Below are positions 49,631 to 62,959 of a DNA stretch of 64,000 bases, one piece after another. The DNA is from Utricularia gibba (taxonomy: Eukaryota > Plantae > Magnoliophyta), in contig CM007989.1 in the NCBI GenBank assembly GCA_002189035.1, positions 6,386,001-6,450,000 on the forward strand, read 5' to 3'. The notes under the pieces were generated by a model. That model did no database searches, was not told where the DNA came from, and saw only the letters and a program-made list of their open reading frames with translations. How positions within the stretch are numbered: position 1 is the stretch's first letter; the number at the start of each line of letters is the position of its first letter. The translations under genes were made by a program, and so were the position numbers.

Positions 49631-52600
49631 TGATCTAGGCAGGTATCCCCTAAAGCCATTTGTTTTTCTCTGAAAATCTTCGTAGCCTCATCTTGAAAGG
49701 TCCGTTTGTTACTGAACTCGGTCGTTAAAAAATTGTTTTTTTCTGATATTCATCTTATGAAACATTTATGCTGTCTGTGCCTCGTAATGTGCATGCGTTT
49801 CCGATGTAATAAGAGTGTAATAAGAGCACATACATCAGCCAAGTGACCAAGAAGGATATCATAGGATTAAGGAGCAATGCTATCATTTTGTGAATGAATG
49901 TGTTGGAATGCTGAGGTGATGCGATGCAACAGCCACTCATATGATGAACCTCACTTACATGGCTCCAATATGATGATTCATTTTCATGGAGTCATGCGAT
50001 GTAAATAACCTTGGTGTATCCATTAATATAGCATACCGGTTTACATATCAGGGTTGAGCATCAGCGGAAACATGGTTTCCAATTCGATCTTTATTTTTGG
50101 ACTGCATTTTGAAAAGCTTGTTTCATGAAATGCATGTTTACCTTTCTCCGGAAAAAAAGATGAGCTATGTATCGCCTCCAATGTCAGGCAGTGAGCTCTT
50201 ATAATGCTTCCATCTTATAAAGCTACCATTAGTTTGTGCATATGAAATACAGACTTCTTTTTGCTGTCCAAATCTTTTAAAGTTCTTTCATTTAACGTTA
50301 TTCTGTATTTAGAGTTGGAATATCGTCAAAACATGTTCCAACATATTCACACCTTATACCTATATTTGGTTGGTTCTGATCATGCCCATAACGTGTTAGC
50401 ATCTATGTTTGGCATCAGCTTGCCTTATGATGCTGGTTTATTACTGATCTGCAGTTCAAGAGCGTGTTCAGTTTTTTTTTTCTCTCAGAGGTTCTGTCTT
50501 ACAGATTGCAGATGGAGGATATGGTTAGCCTGGAGGTGACTGATCCAGAAGCAGTTGATGAATATCAAAGCCCTTGTGACATACACCACTTGCTTAGTGT
50601 AAGTTAATGATACTGAGCAGAATAGTGCAGGGCGTGATCTCCTCTTAAGGATATGTGCATTAGTAGTACACTTTGCTGTGTGAAGAAGATGTCAACGCAT
50701 GATTAGTGAACTTTATGTTTTTTTTTTCTTCTGCTGATGAGTGATCATCTGTGTTGCTTGGGAACTTACATGAGGCCCGTATCCCCCTTTTGGTGAGATT
50801 GGCGCAGGCTAAGGCTAAGGCTAAGGTTGATTGTTGGATGGGCAAGGACCACTGGAATTTTGTTCAAACTGGGATGACAGGCCCTACATCGAAGAGGATT
50901 ATTTGGTCAAGGTACTACTAGTCTTGGTGGTTTTTGAAGTTAGAATCTTCTTGCAGTGGACAGCGAGCTATCGTAGAGCAGTATAATGAGAATCTGGACA
51001 AAACTCCTCAGAAAGGAGTCACAGACAATCGCCCTAAATGCCTGCAACCAAAATTGTCTTGTGCTGATAGTGAAAGCCAAGAAAATTGCTTTTACTGCGC
51101 AGGGGATAACTGCATCCGGGTTACCCTTGGCTGCCTGCTGCTGCTGCTGCTGCTGTCGACGGATCGAATTGGGTATCTTCAAAAACCATTGGTTTAATTC
51201 TCTGATCCTCCAAGTAGCCTCCTCACCTCCATCTGACCACCGTGAATGAGCGGCTGCCTGACTGGCTATGATCTCTTGCTCCCAGTCTCCTATGTATGTT
51301 TTGCTATTTCATGATGCATCTGCACTTGCCATCTTCTGGTTTTGGTTTGATTTCTTTGGCAACCTTTGTTGTCCCGCTTGGCTGATTCTACAATATCCGT
51401 GTGCAAGAAGCAAGGTGCGACGTCGAGTTATTACAGGAGTTGTTGGTTAAAAGGGAGGGAGAGTGGTTGGCATTCAGTTATTGCACTTTTGATAAGAATA
51501 TTAAATAAACTATAAATATTTGGAAAGGAGTGTGAAAATGGGTGAAAGATTGATGTGTATTATTTGATAATGAATTTATATAAAAGTAAGGATGATATAG
51601 AATATAAAAAAAATTGAATTGTAGGTATACGAATAAAAATGTACCAATATGTATTTGAATTAAATTTTAATTGATTAAGAAAATATACATAAAATAATAA
51701 GTTTAACGACACATGATTGAAGGGATGATATAAATATGTGATAATTGACGTTTTATGTAATATGAAGTTATAATTCGAATTATATAGAATATAATCACTT
51801 TAACATTGTAAACAATTTTTTAGGATAATATACAATTTAATAAAATGAAATATATATTGTAAAATTTAATATATTAAATTATTCATATTAAATATATTTT
51901 TAAATAGATAAAAGTAAATAATATAATTTTCTAATTAATCTATTATTTAATTATCAAAAAAAAGATTCAAAAACTTAATAATTTATGAAGTTAATCATAT
52001 AATTTAAATTTTTAATTTTATTACAAAACAATAAGGTTAAAATCTCTAAAAATTAAATATAATTATTTCAAAAAATGATTACAACATAACAGTAAATTTA
52101 TTCGTAAGGATATTAAACAATGTCCCACAATGTACGAAGGAAGCATGTGGGTTGGGATTATGTTGTGTTTCCATTCCATATGCGTTGCTTGTTATTCATT
52201 GTGTTGAGTTCACGTCGTGTTGAATGCGACTGAACGAATTATGTTGTTGTTAGTGGACTGATACGTGTGCAAATTGCAGTGGATTCCTCTCGCATGTGGT
52301 GGTTGACCCCCTGTTTTTTAATACCAAAGATTATTAAATTATAATTTAGTTTATTAAAATCAAATATCATCTTTAAATAAAATCAATTTCTTGCAGAGTA
52401 GACAAACGATTACCAATCAAAATGCATCTATGTAATCTACCTGCAACAGATTTTTGCACATACCCTAACACTCACATGCCTCTTCATCTTGTTGAAATAC
52501 TAGGAGATCGCATATACAGGAGACGAACATGAACAAATTTTTTGAAAAAACAATGCATAGTCATCTCTTTTCCTTTTCTTTTTAATAATTAAATACATTA

Positions 52601-52940
52601 TCATTATCATAATTAAATAAAAAATTAAAAAAAAAAGGAAAAGAAAAGGCATGTGAGGTGAGGGTCTGGTCTCAATGATTCTCAGGCACTGGGTAACGTG
52701 GTGATCAATGAATATGTTCCCTTTCCCTCCCCCCGTTGCAGATGCGGTTGCAAATGCAGCTGAACAGATCCGGGTACTCCTCATGTCCCCCAATCCACAA
52801 TCATTCATAATCCCATGTATTACAAATTTAGACATTGTGCAATAAAAGTGGACACAATATATGTAAAATTTTGTTTGTAATGTATGAAAGATAAATGAGT
52901 AATGACTAATTTTCTAAATAATACTTACATGCACTCAGCA

Positions 52941-53290
52941 TATTGTATAGTATTCTGAAAATTTTTTTAAATTTATTTTTATTTTTCAAAAAATAAAAAT
53001 AATTTTTTTCTATAATACTATCAATTACAAAAATAATTCTATCAAAAAATAATTTTAAAAATATACTACAAAAATTATTTTTGAAAAAGTAATTAATGGT
53101 TTATTTTTACATCTATTTATAATTTTTCACTTATTTCTTTACTTTAAAAAGTAATTTTGCATCTATTTTGATAGTTTTTTATAACAATTACAATGCTTTT
53201 ATATTTCTATCAAGTATTTTTATTTTTTAAAATATTTTTAAAAAATTAAAAATAAATTTTAAAATTTTTTCAGAACATTGCTATAATATT
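52941..53290. mobile_element. AT-rich foldback/MITE-like element with long imperfect TIRs
   Basis: TTCTGAAAATTTTTTTAAATTTATTTTTATTTTT (52953-) mirrors AAAAATTAAAAATAAATTTTAAAATTTTTTCAGAA (-53275). Internal CTATCAAAA/TTTTGATAG pair. No clean TSD found. Confidence 0.5.
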
Positions 53291-55013
53291 TTATGTGAAG
53301 TATCAATAATTTAGATCTTACATATTACTCAGGTATCAAAATAGTCATTGTTGGCATGTCTTTTGAAATCCAAAATTACAAAAAAGAAAAGATGTTTAAT
53401 AATATTTTTTTGTGAGTTTAAAAGTACTTAAGATAACGAAATTTCAAGTCTAGCCATTTATAAATCTAACCACCTTTATATTCTATCTCATATATTCAGT
53501 CTCAATTTTCTCATAAAGTTAGTTCATATTGGATGGCAAATTTTCCAAGGGTGAATTATAAAAGTGGGCATGTATTAAATAGTATTTGAAAAAAAATAAG
53601 CATCATAAAAAATGACCCTCATATCCGTGAGAGTGGTCACTAAATGGCCCAATTTTCCAATATGTCCGTGCAGTGCATTGCATCGGGTGGTAGCATATAA
53701 AAGGCGTCACATGATATCATGATTTATTTAACGCTGGACGTGACCCGAGGCGGGAAAAACGGCTACCAAGCAATACCTACCTACTCATCTACTATTGTAG
53801 TAGTAGTAGGAGTAGTAGGATGGGCCCACCGGCTTGTTTGACCAATCAGAAAATTATAAAAAGTAGACACCAATAATAAAATCATAACATATTAATGATG
53901 TTTGAAATGCACTGTCTTTTGTGTATGCTTTAAAACCCTCCATTTATTATTAACTTAAAAACTATACGAAAACAATATAATTAAAAATCTTCAATAACGA
54001 GTTTCCAAATGTTCGTTCATTCTTCCCAAATACACAATTTTTTGCCAGCATATAAAAAAGAATTAAAAAATAAAAAATAAAATATACTTTAGATAGAAAT
54101 CACAAGGTAATGATAGAAAAGATAAAGTACTTATTGTGTATCCGTTGGGTCCAAAAAGATAAATATTATATGGCCGTGACACCACATTGGTGACTGGTGA
54201 GAGCGTACTAATTTGGACAATAAAAGACACTAATAGAGTGTTTGATAGTATAATATAGAAAATTTATATTTAAATTTATACATAAATTATTTTTGGATTA
54301 AATAGCATGTATATGTTAATCTTATATTACTATACAATTCAAATACTCATTTTTTGAGCATATGATTGACATACACAAATGAATTACTTGACTAATTATA
54401 TTTATATCAAGAATGTTTTCTTATTTATACTGTTTTTTGAAAAAAAATTATTTCTCTCCTTTCAAATTCTAATTGTTGTGCTTTTATTGTGGGTCTTTGG
54501 CTATTATACATCAAACCCCTATTTTCAAAAATCAGCACATATAATTTGTTATTTACTTTACAATATATTGTATGATACTCAATTATATTATATTTAAATT
54601 ACTTCTAATTTGTTTGGAATAAGCATTTTTTTTAGAAAAAAAAACATAAATTTAAAAAATATTTATTATTTTTACAAACCCCTAGCTTATATTTTTTGAA
54701 GAAGAATAACCATATTATTAAAAATCCATATATGTTTTAAAATACTGATCAAATTTTAAAGCGGAGTGGACTGTATTTATAAGTGGACGACGGACTTGGA
54801 GAATGGACAACGGGAGCAAAACGTGAAGGATTAGGTTGTAAGATGTCGGAATTGTCGATGTGGTTCTAAAGCATCTCATATGTCATGAAATCACTACTGC
54901 GATGGCGGTGGTGCTGGGTCCAGCTCATTGAGGGCAGTTTGGTAAATTATGACGGCTAGCAGGGGGGCACTGCAGGGGCATAGGGGGCGGTACCATGGAA
55001 TAGGAATGACGGA

Positions 55014-55055
55014 TGACGTGTGCCTGCTCTTCTTTGCCAAATTGGCGCCACGTCA
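55014..55055. promoter_or_regulatory. ACGT-core ABRE-like pair upstream of PIP5K
   Basis: TGACGTGTG at ~55014-55022 and GCCACGT (rc ACGTGGC) at 55047-55053, about 600 bp upstream of the ATG. Confidence 0.4.
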
Positions 55056-55643
55056 TGCTGATGATGTAAATCGTCTATATTTATTGATCGTTATTTAAAT
55101 TAATTTCAATGAATCTGGCCATGTGTAATAAATTATGTGAGAAAATTCAGAGTTTACGAGTGACCAATTTTCTAAATATTCACTATTAAAATTTGGCAAT
55201 GGTAACCGTCCGCTTGGAGGATGGTTGTTTTGTAATTAACCGTGATGGTCTAGGGTTAAATCTGTCGTTTCATGCGTTACCGTGTCACTGTATTTGCAAT
55301 TAAGCGACGTCCCTGTTTTTTGTTTTCTTTTTTTTTTGTGTGGGATTGTTTAGGTGGCACTCAGTGTAAATGCTGAGTGTGGCTGCGTTGATTTTGCCTC
55401 CTCGCTCTCTCTCATCTTGCTCTGAGAGACCTTGCGGGCTCGGCTTCTTTGTTGCTTTAACTCTTTTAACCGGTTGCCCTCCCGTCCTTCTGTCTCTTTA
55501 AACCCACATTCACTTGCAAACTCATTTAACGGAGATAATGCTGTTGCTCCTGCCCCCGCCGGAGTCTTCCGCCGCTTCTGTTTTCTGATTTGGTCACCGG
55601 AACCTCCAAAGTACCCGACTATTTTTAGTGGGTCGACGCTAAG

Positions 55644-58617
55644 ATGCTCGACTCATACTTGAGCGTGATGCCAACTGCTGAAAACGAAAACAGAGCGGCG
55701 TCTGAGGATCTTTTTATTGAAAGCGTCTCGACCACAACGACGCCCAGATCACTGATTATAATACCCAGAAGCAAGTCGCAGGCGGCTTGCCGTAGAGTGA
55801 CGCCCACTTCGATTTCTGAGATGGACTCGGCTTCTGCTGTCATTGAGAAGCATCTACCCAACGGGGATCTGTACATCGGGACTTTTTCCAACAAAACGCC
55901 TCACGGATCTGGAAAGTACTTGTGGAGAGATGGGTGCATGTACGAAGGGGATTGGAGGAAGGGGAAAGCCAGTGGTAGAGGGAGATTCTCTTGGCCCTCC
56001 GGAGCAACGTTTGAAGGCGAGTTCAAGTCTGGTCGAATGGAGGGTACCGGGACTTTTATTGGAGCCGATGGTGATATGTACAAGGGTTCGTGGTCTGGGG
56101 ATCGGAAGCATGGGTTTGGGGTTAAGCATTACCGCAATGGAGATTATTACGAAGGTCAATGGAGGAAAAATTTGCAGGATGGGCAGGGAAGGTACTTATG
56201 GAAGAACGGAAATGAATACATTGGGGAATGGAAGAACGGGATGATTCATGGCAGGGGTGTTCTTGTCTGGATTAATGGTAATAGGTACGATGGAGATTGG
56301 GAGAATGGTATTCCTAAAGGTCATGGAGTCTTCACTTGGCCAGATGGTAGTTGTTACATTGGTTGCTGGTCTAATGATTCAGGTAAAAACAATGGTAGTG
56401 TACAAATGCTGAACGGTACTTTTTATCCGGGAAAGCACGGGAATAACAACAATCACAGTAGCATGGTTATGTGTGAAGATGGTTTTAGGAGCTGTTTTAC
56501 GAATCATAAGTTTTCTACCCCGCTGATGGTGGTCTCGGAGGAAGGGGTTGATATGATGATGAGGGAGCAGACGACAGTGGGGGGGAATTTCCCAAGAATT
56601 TGTATATGGGAATCTGATGGGGAGGCCGGAGATATTACTTGTGATATTCTTGATGCTATGGAAGCTTCAATCTTGTTTAGAGATGGGCCTGCTTTCGATC
56701 AAGATGCCATCAAGCAGTTTAGGAGGAATTCAACTTTTTGCGTCCACGGTGAGGCAAAGAAGCCTGGGCAGATGATATGCAAGGGGCACAAGAATTATGA
56801 TCTGATGCTGAATTTGCAATTGGGCATAAGGTATAAAGAAACTGCATGAGACTTGAAGCTTTTGCTACATGTTCTGTTCACTCTTGATGAGATGAGTTTT
56901 GATGTGCTCTCAGGTATTCCGTTGGGAAACATGCGTCAATTAGCCGAGACCTGAAGCCAACTGATTTTGATCCCAAGGAGAAGTTTTGGACCAGGTTTCC
57001 AGCAGAAGGATCCAAACTCACTCCTCCACATCAGTCTTTAGACTTTAGGTGGAAGGATTATTGCCCCGTGGTGTTTAGGTGACCAAATAAAGGCTAGCTA
57101 TTTGCTCCTCATTTCTTATTTTATAGATTTCTGATTCGATTTTGCTTTCAGGTATTTGAGGGAGTTGTTTCAAGTGGATTCTGCAGACTATATGCTGGCC
57201 ATTTGCGGGAATGATGCTCTGAGGGAGCTATCATCGCCTGGAAAAAGTGGGAGTTCCTTCTATCTGACGCAGGATGATCGTTTTATGATCAAAACAGTAA
57301 AAAAATCGGAAGTAAAGGTTGGGTTTCGATCTTCCTGACTTGATAAAATTTGAAAAACACAAAGCTGAGACATATTGTTTCCTGCAGGTGCTTATTAAGA
57401 TGCTTCCAAGCTACTATGAGCATATGAATCGATACGAAAATTCCCTTGTGACAAAGTTCTACGGTGTCCATTGCATCAAAAGAGTGGGTGGTTCCAAGGT
57501 ATGCGCTTTCTTACAATCTGGTTGTCCATGGATTGCAACTGATTTCGTTTTTATGTCAAACCAGACGAGGTTCATCGTTATGGGAAACTTATTCTGCTCG
57601 GAATACACAATTCATAGAAGATTTGACCTGAAGGGATCATCCCACGGACGAACAGCTGATCATCCTGAGGCGTTGGTCGATGAAACCACAACTCTGAAGG
57701 ACCTCGACTTGAACTACATTTTCAGGTTGCAGTCGAGTTGGTATAATGAGATGATCAAGTGAGTGTTTCCTGCCCACATATTGATTCCTGTACGCCAATG
57801 TCGACCATTGCGATGATTTTCTATATGCTGAATGGATGTAGGCAAATTGATCGTGATTGCAAATTCCTGGAAACAGAAGGAATAATGGATTACAGTCTGT
57901 TGGTTGGCCTTCATTTTCGTGATGTCAGTTCCGGTGACAAAATGGGATTATCCCCATTCTTAATCCATGCAGGTTGGTTGCGTCAAGTGCTTGCTTGCTT
58001 CTTGCCAAATAGTAAAATGGATTAATTCAAGTGTTTTGATTCTCAGGGAAAGGCGATTCACGCCAAAAACTCAAGTTCTTGCGCCAATGTAGATTCATCG
58101 AGGCAGAGCTACAAGACAGGGATCGTGTCTTGTCGGGAAGGTACCACTCCTCTTGTTAGAAACACTCTTCTGGGCCTTTTTAATCCATGTCCTTGAGGGG
58201 AAAGATCACCAGCTTATTTCATAGAAGTTGATCCCGACATCTGATTTGTGTGTTTTCGTGCCCACTCGGTCTAGGAATGTCTTTCTTGTTAGAATGTGTG
58301 CACCCATTTGATTCTTTGCTAGCCCTTTCAGGAAGCCATTGATAAGGCTGGGAGCCAACGTGCCTGCTCGCGTGGAGCAAGTGGTCCGGAAAAGCACCGG
58401 GCGCAACCATCCCTCCACGAACAGCGCCGAAATGTACGAAGTCGTCCTCTACTTCGGGATCATCGACATCCTGCAAGACTACGACATCAGCAAGAAGCTG
58501 GAGCATGCGTACAAGTCATTGCAAGTCGACCCCATATCCATCTCCGCCGTGGACCCAAAGCTCTACTCCAAGAGGTTTCGGGATTTTGTTGGAAGGATAT
58601 TCGTGGAGGACAGATAG
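55644..58617 (+). CDS. PIP5K1: Phosphatidylinositol 4-phosphate 5-kinase, PIP5K1/2 type (MORN repeats + kinase), 8 exons
   Basis: [18 protein letters not shown] repeats, [99 protein letters not shown]. Start may be the Met at 55668. Paralogue 1 vs 2 unresolved. Confidence 0.95.
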
Positions 58618-58887
58618 AGATGGCGATGCACGCCCAGTGAATGAATGATGCTTCACTGCGGTAAAAGTCATCGAGGAGCCCGCCTCCAGGGGGCTGCTAC
58701 GAAGTGGGAGTTTACAAAGTCAAAGTCACTCACGAGGTTGCCTCTCTCGAGGGGCGAGGAGGTGAATGTAAATAGCGAAAGGGAGAAAGAAGTTTTGGGA
58801 AGGGCTGGGTGCCGCTGAGGTTCCCAGTCCCTTGTGTTCTCTGCTCTACAAGTTGCAGGCAAAGCGACCGGGGCCTGTGCGTGTTGC

Positions 58888-58888
<1 letters not shown>

Positions 58889-58920
<32 letters not shown>
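58889..58920 (+). repeat. (GCAGGA)5 hexanucleotide microsatellite
   Basis: Read directly from the sequence. Confidence 0.85.
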
Positions 58921-61900
58921 TGTGCTGCTCGCTCCTAAAAAGGAGAGAAAGCTAGCTACTACTACTTAGTGCTGGTTTGTGGTTGTGCATGTAGCTTGAC
59001 TGCTGCTCCATTACTAAACCTGCAACTTTTGCTGCTCTATTCTTCTATAGACATTCGTGGCGATGGCGAAAAGTGGGATACGACAATTTTTCTTCCGGAT
59101 TGTCCCCATAGAGGAATTCGTAAACTGATCTGTGTAACCGAAGATTACTTGAAACAAGAATGCACAAAAACATCGTACTGCAAGAAAATTCTAGAATCAC
59201 AACCCCTCCAACACTCCTGCTTAACACATAACTGCCTTGGATCAATCATTGTCAAACATGCGTAATTATGGAGTTCGATGAAATATACATTTCCATGATC
59301 TATTTCAAAAAAGTTTTCTTTTAGTTATTTTAAATGCATGTACATTAAATAACTCGAATAGAGGTAGGGAGGAAGGAGCTTTAGTTAATGTTAGTGTTGT
59401 GCATTGAATGCGTTCTGGTGATGCTTACGCCCGGATGATGGATGAAGGAAGGGAAGGGGAGGGGAACACACCGCAGCAACGGCGGCGGGTGTCTTGTCAG
59501 TCCGTGCGGGCGTCTCGGAGGAAGCCATACCCCATTCCATCATCAATTAATTTGTCGCCCCCCAGGAAGGTTTTCGGGGTCAAAGATGATGCCGTGCAGC
59601 AATCTGCAAACGCAGCCGCCGAGTGCAGGCAGGCTGCTCCCTCTGAGGCTACCGCAGACTAGATGTCGTCATATTGCAGCATTATCTGCTGCTAACCGAA
59701 CCGAAGGCTGGGCTGGGTGTCGGATTTATTCATTTCATTTCATTGAATTGCTGGTCTGGAGAGGAGCGGAGCCGTCATCTCATCCCCTCGAAATGACACT
59801 GTTGCCGTTGAGCAGGAGGGCAGTTAATGAGGATCACGATGGGATGACGACCACGGCGCTGGCGTGAATCATTCTGCTTCCATACCAGACAGACAGACTC
59901 GGCTGGCTGCGGCTGCCACCTTCTTATCAATTACTACACCTTATTTATGTAACCTTTTGTTTGTCTCGTAGCCCCAGACACACACTGTATGAGAATTTTA
60001 TCATCAAAGTTTTCTTTTCTACAGAAAGTATAAATTAGGAAGCACATGATTTTAATTATTTAATTACCTTCAAAATTTTTAAGGTTATTTTGATTAAACA
60101 TTGATGTGTTGTTCTCTTTTCACAACTAAAATTATCCTCATAAATTGGAGTTGGTGAGTTGCTCGCTTTTCGCCAAAAACAGAAGTCGTGACTCGTGATC
60201 AGATAAACGTCCAACACGACACGAATATGAAGAAAAGGCGGCGCCGCGGGGCACCGACTGAACCTGGCAGTAATCAATGGGTTCACGGCCGCCGCGCCGC
60301 AAGTAACGGGTGTGTCCTACTTCCGCATCAATCGGAAATCTTGTGACATGAGTCCAACGAAATTGAATTATTTGATTCAAATTAAAAATTTATTTAAAAT
60401 CATATTATATTTCATAATTATATTTAGAATAATAAAATAAAATAATTTTAAAAACCATAAGTTCAAGAGATGAAATTTCCAAAGCACGATTACAAGGCTT
60501 TAAAAAGTTTTTTAACCACTCCAAATTGAATCTAGAATCCAAAACAAATTATAATGTTATTATTGCATTCACTTCAATGTTTATCAAATTTCAAATTTAT
60601 ACAAAAAGTCATACCCCGTACACAAACATCATGATCAAAACTTTTATCAATAAAAAGTAATTTCAATTTATATAGCTTTGTGAGAAAAAAAGGTTAGAAA
60701 TTGGGTAATTGCAAATTGAAATAATGCTCATCAACGCATAAAAGCAAGCAAAAAAAACCACATACTTGTTATAGCTACAACTAATCATCAATAATAGAAA
60801 GATAATGAAAATCAATATTAATTTTCTATATCTAAAAAATATCTTTTTAACTTCCAATGTAAATGAAAATAGTATGTATTTATAATTACATCTAATAGGA
60901 TAATTCAAAATCAATTTTCTAATAGGTAATTGTGAGATTTTTTTTTAATCTTTTCCAAATTCCTCACGAGTCTCTAATATATTCAAATATTTAACTCCAT
61001 TTCTAATATAATCAATAATATCATTAATTTCATTTAAACCATTTGCACTAAAAAATTTAAAATATGAATATAACAATGAACATGAAGTAATTAAACTTTA
61101 ATAAAAAAAGTATTTTCTCTCCAAAAAATTTTGAACATCCATATACATACATGATTATAATCAATATTGTCAATTCTAATACTACATAGTTTGCTTTAAA
61201 TCACCCAATTAGTAAAACAATTCATCAGATCATTATTGACAATAACTAGTGTATGCGGAGGTGGCATATTTCAAAAAGTCAACACACATTTTTGTAAATT
61301 CTAATTATGATCCAAAAAATAATTGGTTACCATCATTTATTGTAACTTTAGATCAAATTTTCATAAATAGTTTGTAATAAAAATTCTCTCTACATTCTTC
61401 AATAATATATTAAACTTGATTTTCTCTAATTTATATAATGTAAAACAATTTTTTTCACCCTATTTCTAATAATGTTAATATAAAATAGAGAAATTGCATG
61501 CAAGAACTTTTTAAAAACCATATGTTCCATCATATTAAAGGTATACTTATAAGCAATAATTATATAAGTGCAAGTTACCTCGATTAAGCATAATTAGAAT
61601 AAAAATCTACAGAATTAGAAACTACCACTAAAAAAAATAATTGCTATTGTAAACTTTTGCATTAAACCATGCTTTGATGTCTTGTAAAGTAATTTTTTAA
61701 ATGCTTACATAGCTCAGTTGTAATTCCTGATTCTGACAAATTAAATTGTTGTTTCCATATACTACAAAACTAAAAAGAAAAACAAAAAAAGAAGAATCAT
61801 CAAATCATCTCATCACTACTCACTTGCAAACAAAGGAATGTAATTAGTGTTTGTGAGATTTTTTCAAGGGAGAGAGGGGGCTCCTTGGGGGTATTGGGAA

Positions 61901-62959
61901 AAATAAATTGTTGTAGGATTTATATTTTAGATTTTATTTGTTAAATAAATTAATATTATTTTTAATAATTTTTTATTAATATATATATAATCTTTCAATA
62001 TACAATACATCAATGTGTTATTAAATAATGGTGGTAGAGAAAAACCCCAATTATCATTAGAAGTGCAAAAAGGAAAAAAATATTTAACAAGTAAGACATT
62101 ATAAGAAATGAAAATTTATCTCATGTGCAAATTCAACAATTGATAGTTTTAAATATCTTTGTGTATCTCAAAAAATCGATAATATACTTCTTAAGATAAA
62201 TTTATCCTTGTGAGATGTAGTATTTATACCATAAGTGAGACATTCAAAAACACACAAATGACAACAAATTGGAGTTTCTTGGAATAGAACCTCGTAAGGA
62301 ATCCTTATCGAAAGAGTTAATAATGGAAGTTGATTTGTGAAATAAGTTGTTGTAAGAATTACATATCTTTAACCATTAGCTAGTATGAAAAAAAATATAA
62401 AGTCAGTTAAATTGGTAAGTTGGTGATGCTTATTAGAAAATCTTTATTCAAATATGGCAATGCATAAAGTAGGCAAAGAATATGAATTTGAATGTAAGTT
62501 TAAACTTGAGTTTCGATATGAGTTTGAAAAGTAAAAAGTTTGTATTAAAGAATATACAATTACACTTCTTTTAATTGGTTTTTATAATAAAAGAAAACTA
62601 TAACCGTTAGAAAAATAAACTGTAAAATTGTCATCTTAAATTTATTAAAGAATATTATTTCTTCATATGAAGTGATTTGATTTGTGAAAAATATTAGATC
62701 TTTGTTATAAGTTGGTTGAAACGTGAAAAATATCTCAAATTCTAATTTGTGGGCTTGTTGACATTTATATAACTTCCAAAAATAAATAGTACAATTTTTT
62801 CATAATTTGGCAAAATAAGGATTCAATAAATTTTTCGTATATATAAATCTCTTCATCTTTAAAATCTATATTTTTTATCTATCTTGAATTCTTCTAATCT
62901 CATCCTTTCATCATTCGACAACATTCATACTTGATGAAGTAACGAAATTTCACTAAAAT

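Noticed and set aside
49935-49995. Two ATGATGA C-box-like motifs and a short hairpin (snoRNA/miRNA candidate)
   Set aside because: No properly placed D box or recognisable rRNA antisense element; the stem is only ~10 bp; no match to conserved miRNAs I know.
50912-51214. Plus-strand introns 50912-50956 and 51173-51214
   Set aside because: At 45 and 42 nt they are below the usual plant minimum, so they were not used to build a gene model.
52500-52835. 111-aa minus-strand ORF
   Set aside because: It runs into poly-T/AT-rich sequence and has no recognisable motif.
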